Under the pieces are notes generated by a model. The model saw nothing but the letters and a program-made list of their open reading frames with translations. It was not told the DNA's origin and ran no database searches. The translations under genes were made by a program, and so were the position numbers. Of a stretch of DNA of 36,619 bases, positions 34,194-36,619 are shown piece after piece; the first letter of the stretch is position 1, and each line of letters starts with the position of its first letter. The stretch comes from Saprolegnia diclina VS20 (lineage: Eukaryota): contig NW_008246083.1 in NCBI RefSeq assembly GCF_000281045.1, forward strand, positions 289,219-325,837. The letters are read 5' to 3'.

Positions 34194-36313
34194 CGACGAT
34201 CGGAATGGACAAAAGTAGAGTGTAGGCTTCAAATGATGGTCGTATACCTGGATTGGCCAACTTGGAGTAGCCTCACGTCCACGAAAGCGTCAACGCCGGA
34301 AGGCTGGAGTACAGCTCCTTGCAGTTATGCTGTCAAGAGCCCCGCATATCTCGGATCCTGCCTCTGCCATAGCGCTAAATGGGCGACCGGACGCCGTCGT
34401 GACCACTCGTTGCGCGCGATCGTCATCGGTTCGGTTCCTTCAACAATTTCGGACTGGCGTAACCAGACACAGCACCGACTGTGTCTGGTTGTCAAGGCGT
34501 ATCAGACTTGTAAAATCGGGTTGGTGCGTCCAAACCCAAAGTGATGCAACGGAAGCTACAATTAATGTCCTTATAACACATATACGTCTCGGTCGCAGCG
34601 TCTGGGTATCCCCGCCATGCAGAGAAGCTACACTTATTATGGCCCTAAGAACAGCGAACTACCATTTGGATTGCAAATGTAGCCTGTGACGAATCAGGCC
34701 GAATCCACGTCGTGATCACAAAGACTCCAAGAGCGTGCGACCACTCGAAAGCTTTTCACGCTTGCTGGTCGTGTAGACCACGGATGTTACACTCTTTGCT
34801 CTGTCGGCAGGCAATTTCAAGTATGAATTAGTGGGCGGATGCTCCGCTTAGAGGCTACTCCGAATGGTCGCTCGCTACCATGAATAAATGGTGTGCGCCG
34901 AGGGCAGCCTTAACGCGACTTCGAGACTTTTTCGCGCTCCTCCTACCCTCCTACCCATGCATCCTACCCCAAGCCATCGGCGGGAAAACGTTGCTTCTTC
35001 AAGATCGCCACAGAGCCAATCATTATCCACTGGTTGCAGACAGAGGCTCTTGAGACCCGGACGGTGCGTCTCATGATATTCACGAGTGTGGCGAGTTTCG
35101 ACGTCGCTCCGCAGGGCCTATAAAGGCCACACGCGACTGCAAACCAAAAGAGGCGCATCGCCACGTCCCACGGCGACCCGAGAAGCAGTCGCATCGCCGA
35201 CCGGGTTGCAGCTGTGGGCCCCGGAAACACGAGGTACTCGACGCGCACGCTGCGTTGGTTGGTCAGCATTTAGTACTTGGCGTCGCTCTTGGCAGCGTCG
35301 TGCATGGCGGTAAGGTTGCGAGCGGCAAAAAACTCGAAAAGAGGGGATCGAGACGCACTGATACCTGCGTGTAACATGAGGGAGCCGACTACACCGGCGT
35401 GTTTGACTGATAACACCAACCATTCTTTAGGCCCTTGGAGTAGTTACAGTGAAAAGTTTCTTGACATCACGAGCCATCAACTTTGATGCCTGGAAACATC
35501 CAAAGCCCGAACCGTTGAGTACACCTCGGAGAGGTTTGGCTGGCCCTACCACCAAGTACTCTACGAAGGATCATCCTGGTATTTGTTCTTTCTTAGGCTA
35601 GTATCAGCGCAACAATGCGCAAAGCACGTCCTCCAACATCGTGGCCACAGTCAGTGGCCGAGTCGAAGCAACGCGTGCTCGTCAACCTCTTTGGTGGGTT
35701 TATTGCACCGATTGTTCAGTGGCAACGTTGGAATAAGAATATAAGAACTTGCTACTCCTGCCCGCTGCCTGTCCTTGCGGCTTCACTCGTATGTCCCTTT
35801 GGTACCACAACGAGTGACAATATATTACGAATATGAATATGAAACCCGAGCAATCCTCCGATCTGATGGCAGTGTGGACCCTGTACACTGCGCATCACCC
35901 ACCCGGCACAGGACAGCTGCAGAGGACATGTGAGCTCGAACCAGACGTCCTGCTTTGGCATGCAATGTAGATCGACCGCAACCAAACGCAAGTTTGGTTA
36001 GGCAATCGTTGAAGGACCCGACAGGCGACTACTGACAGGCGACGCCTCTGCGACAATATTACCGCTTTCACACAAACGTCGTGGACAATGTATACATCCG
36101 CAAACAGCGTGGCTCTTGGTAGAGGCCCATGCATAGCCGTCTTCTTCTAATAGTACCCTCGTAGCTCCTAACCCGCGACAAGTAATATCGAACATCGGGG
36201 GTAGCTGCAGTGGTGTGCAAGGTGCTGTGCGACTGCGATGAGTAGCCAAATGCCCATCATTCGTAGCATACATTCTAAACGTGTCGTGCGAGAGGCTGCT
36301 CACACTTCATTTT

Positions 36314-36329
36314 TCATTTTGCAGTTTGC
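36314..36329 (+). promoter_or_regulatory. Oomycete Inr/FPR core promoter
   Basis: TCATTTTGCAGTTTGC before the ATG at 36339. Confidence 0.7.
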
Positions 36330-36338
36330 TCGACAGCG

Positions 36339-36619
36339 ATGCAGCGACTCATTAGTGCGTACGCGACCTTTCTCGGTCTCCCGTTCGGACCGGAGCTCGT
36401 GTCAATGGTGTCAAGCCCAAGTAGCCTGCAGGAGAGCAACGTGAACGACGCCATTGCGTTCATTGAAGCCCAGCGCCAACGCTTCCACTACCCGGGTCTC
36501 GCCCTCGCCGTCGTGCAAGGCAACCAAGTACGTTCGTCTTCCATTGTACTATTGTCTCTGACGCCTTGTGAATAGACGTTGATTGCCCGCGGCTTTGGCA
36601 CCAAGCAGTTTGGTGTGAC
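36339..36619 (+). CDS. Beta-lactamase-family serine hydrolase, copy 2 (3'-truncated by the window)
   Basis: Reverse-complement copy of the copy 1 5' region, including the same intron; 3 mismatches in 306 bp. Confidence 0.9.

Noticed and set aside
34192..36313. Short ORFs in the spacer between the hydrolase copies
   Set aside because: No motifs, no consistent exon chain and no terminal repeats found.

Overview
Gene-dense, GC-rich eukaryotic DNA with many very short (about 40-55 nt) GT-AG introns and oomycete-type Inr/FPR promoter motifs, most consistent with a saprolegnialean oomycete (inference). I spliced exons by eye, so boundaries are approximate. Genes in order: an alpha/beta-hydrolase (5' end outside the window); a signal-peptide multi-PDZ plus double-PA protein; two tandem paralogues with an unrecognised N-terminal domain plus ankyrin repeats; FolD; a large CH-domain protein with p25alpha/EF-hand-like repeats; a ProC-like reductase; a PWWP-PHD-bromo-like chromatin reader; a head-to-head pair of paralogous 76-aa proteins; a small helical ORF; a PhyH-like dioxygenase; a ZNF706-like protein; a multi-pass membrane protein; an IQ/EF-hand/zinc-finger protein; and an inverted, near-identical pair of beta-lactamase-family serine hydrolases. 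Non-coding features include a roughly 1.07 kb TIR-bounded non-autonomous element and a recurring TATCCGGATA promoter palindrome. I saw no rRNA, tRNA or CRISPR array.
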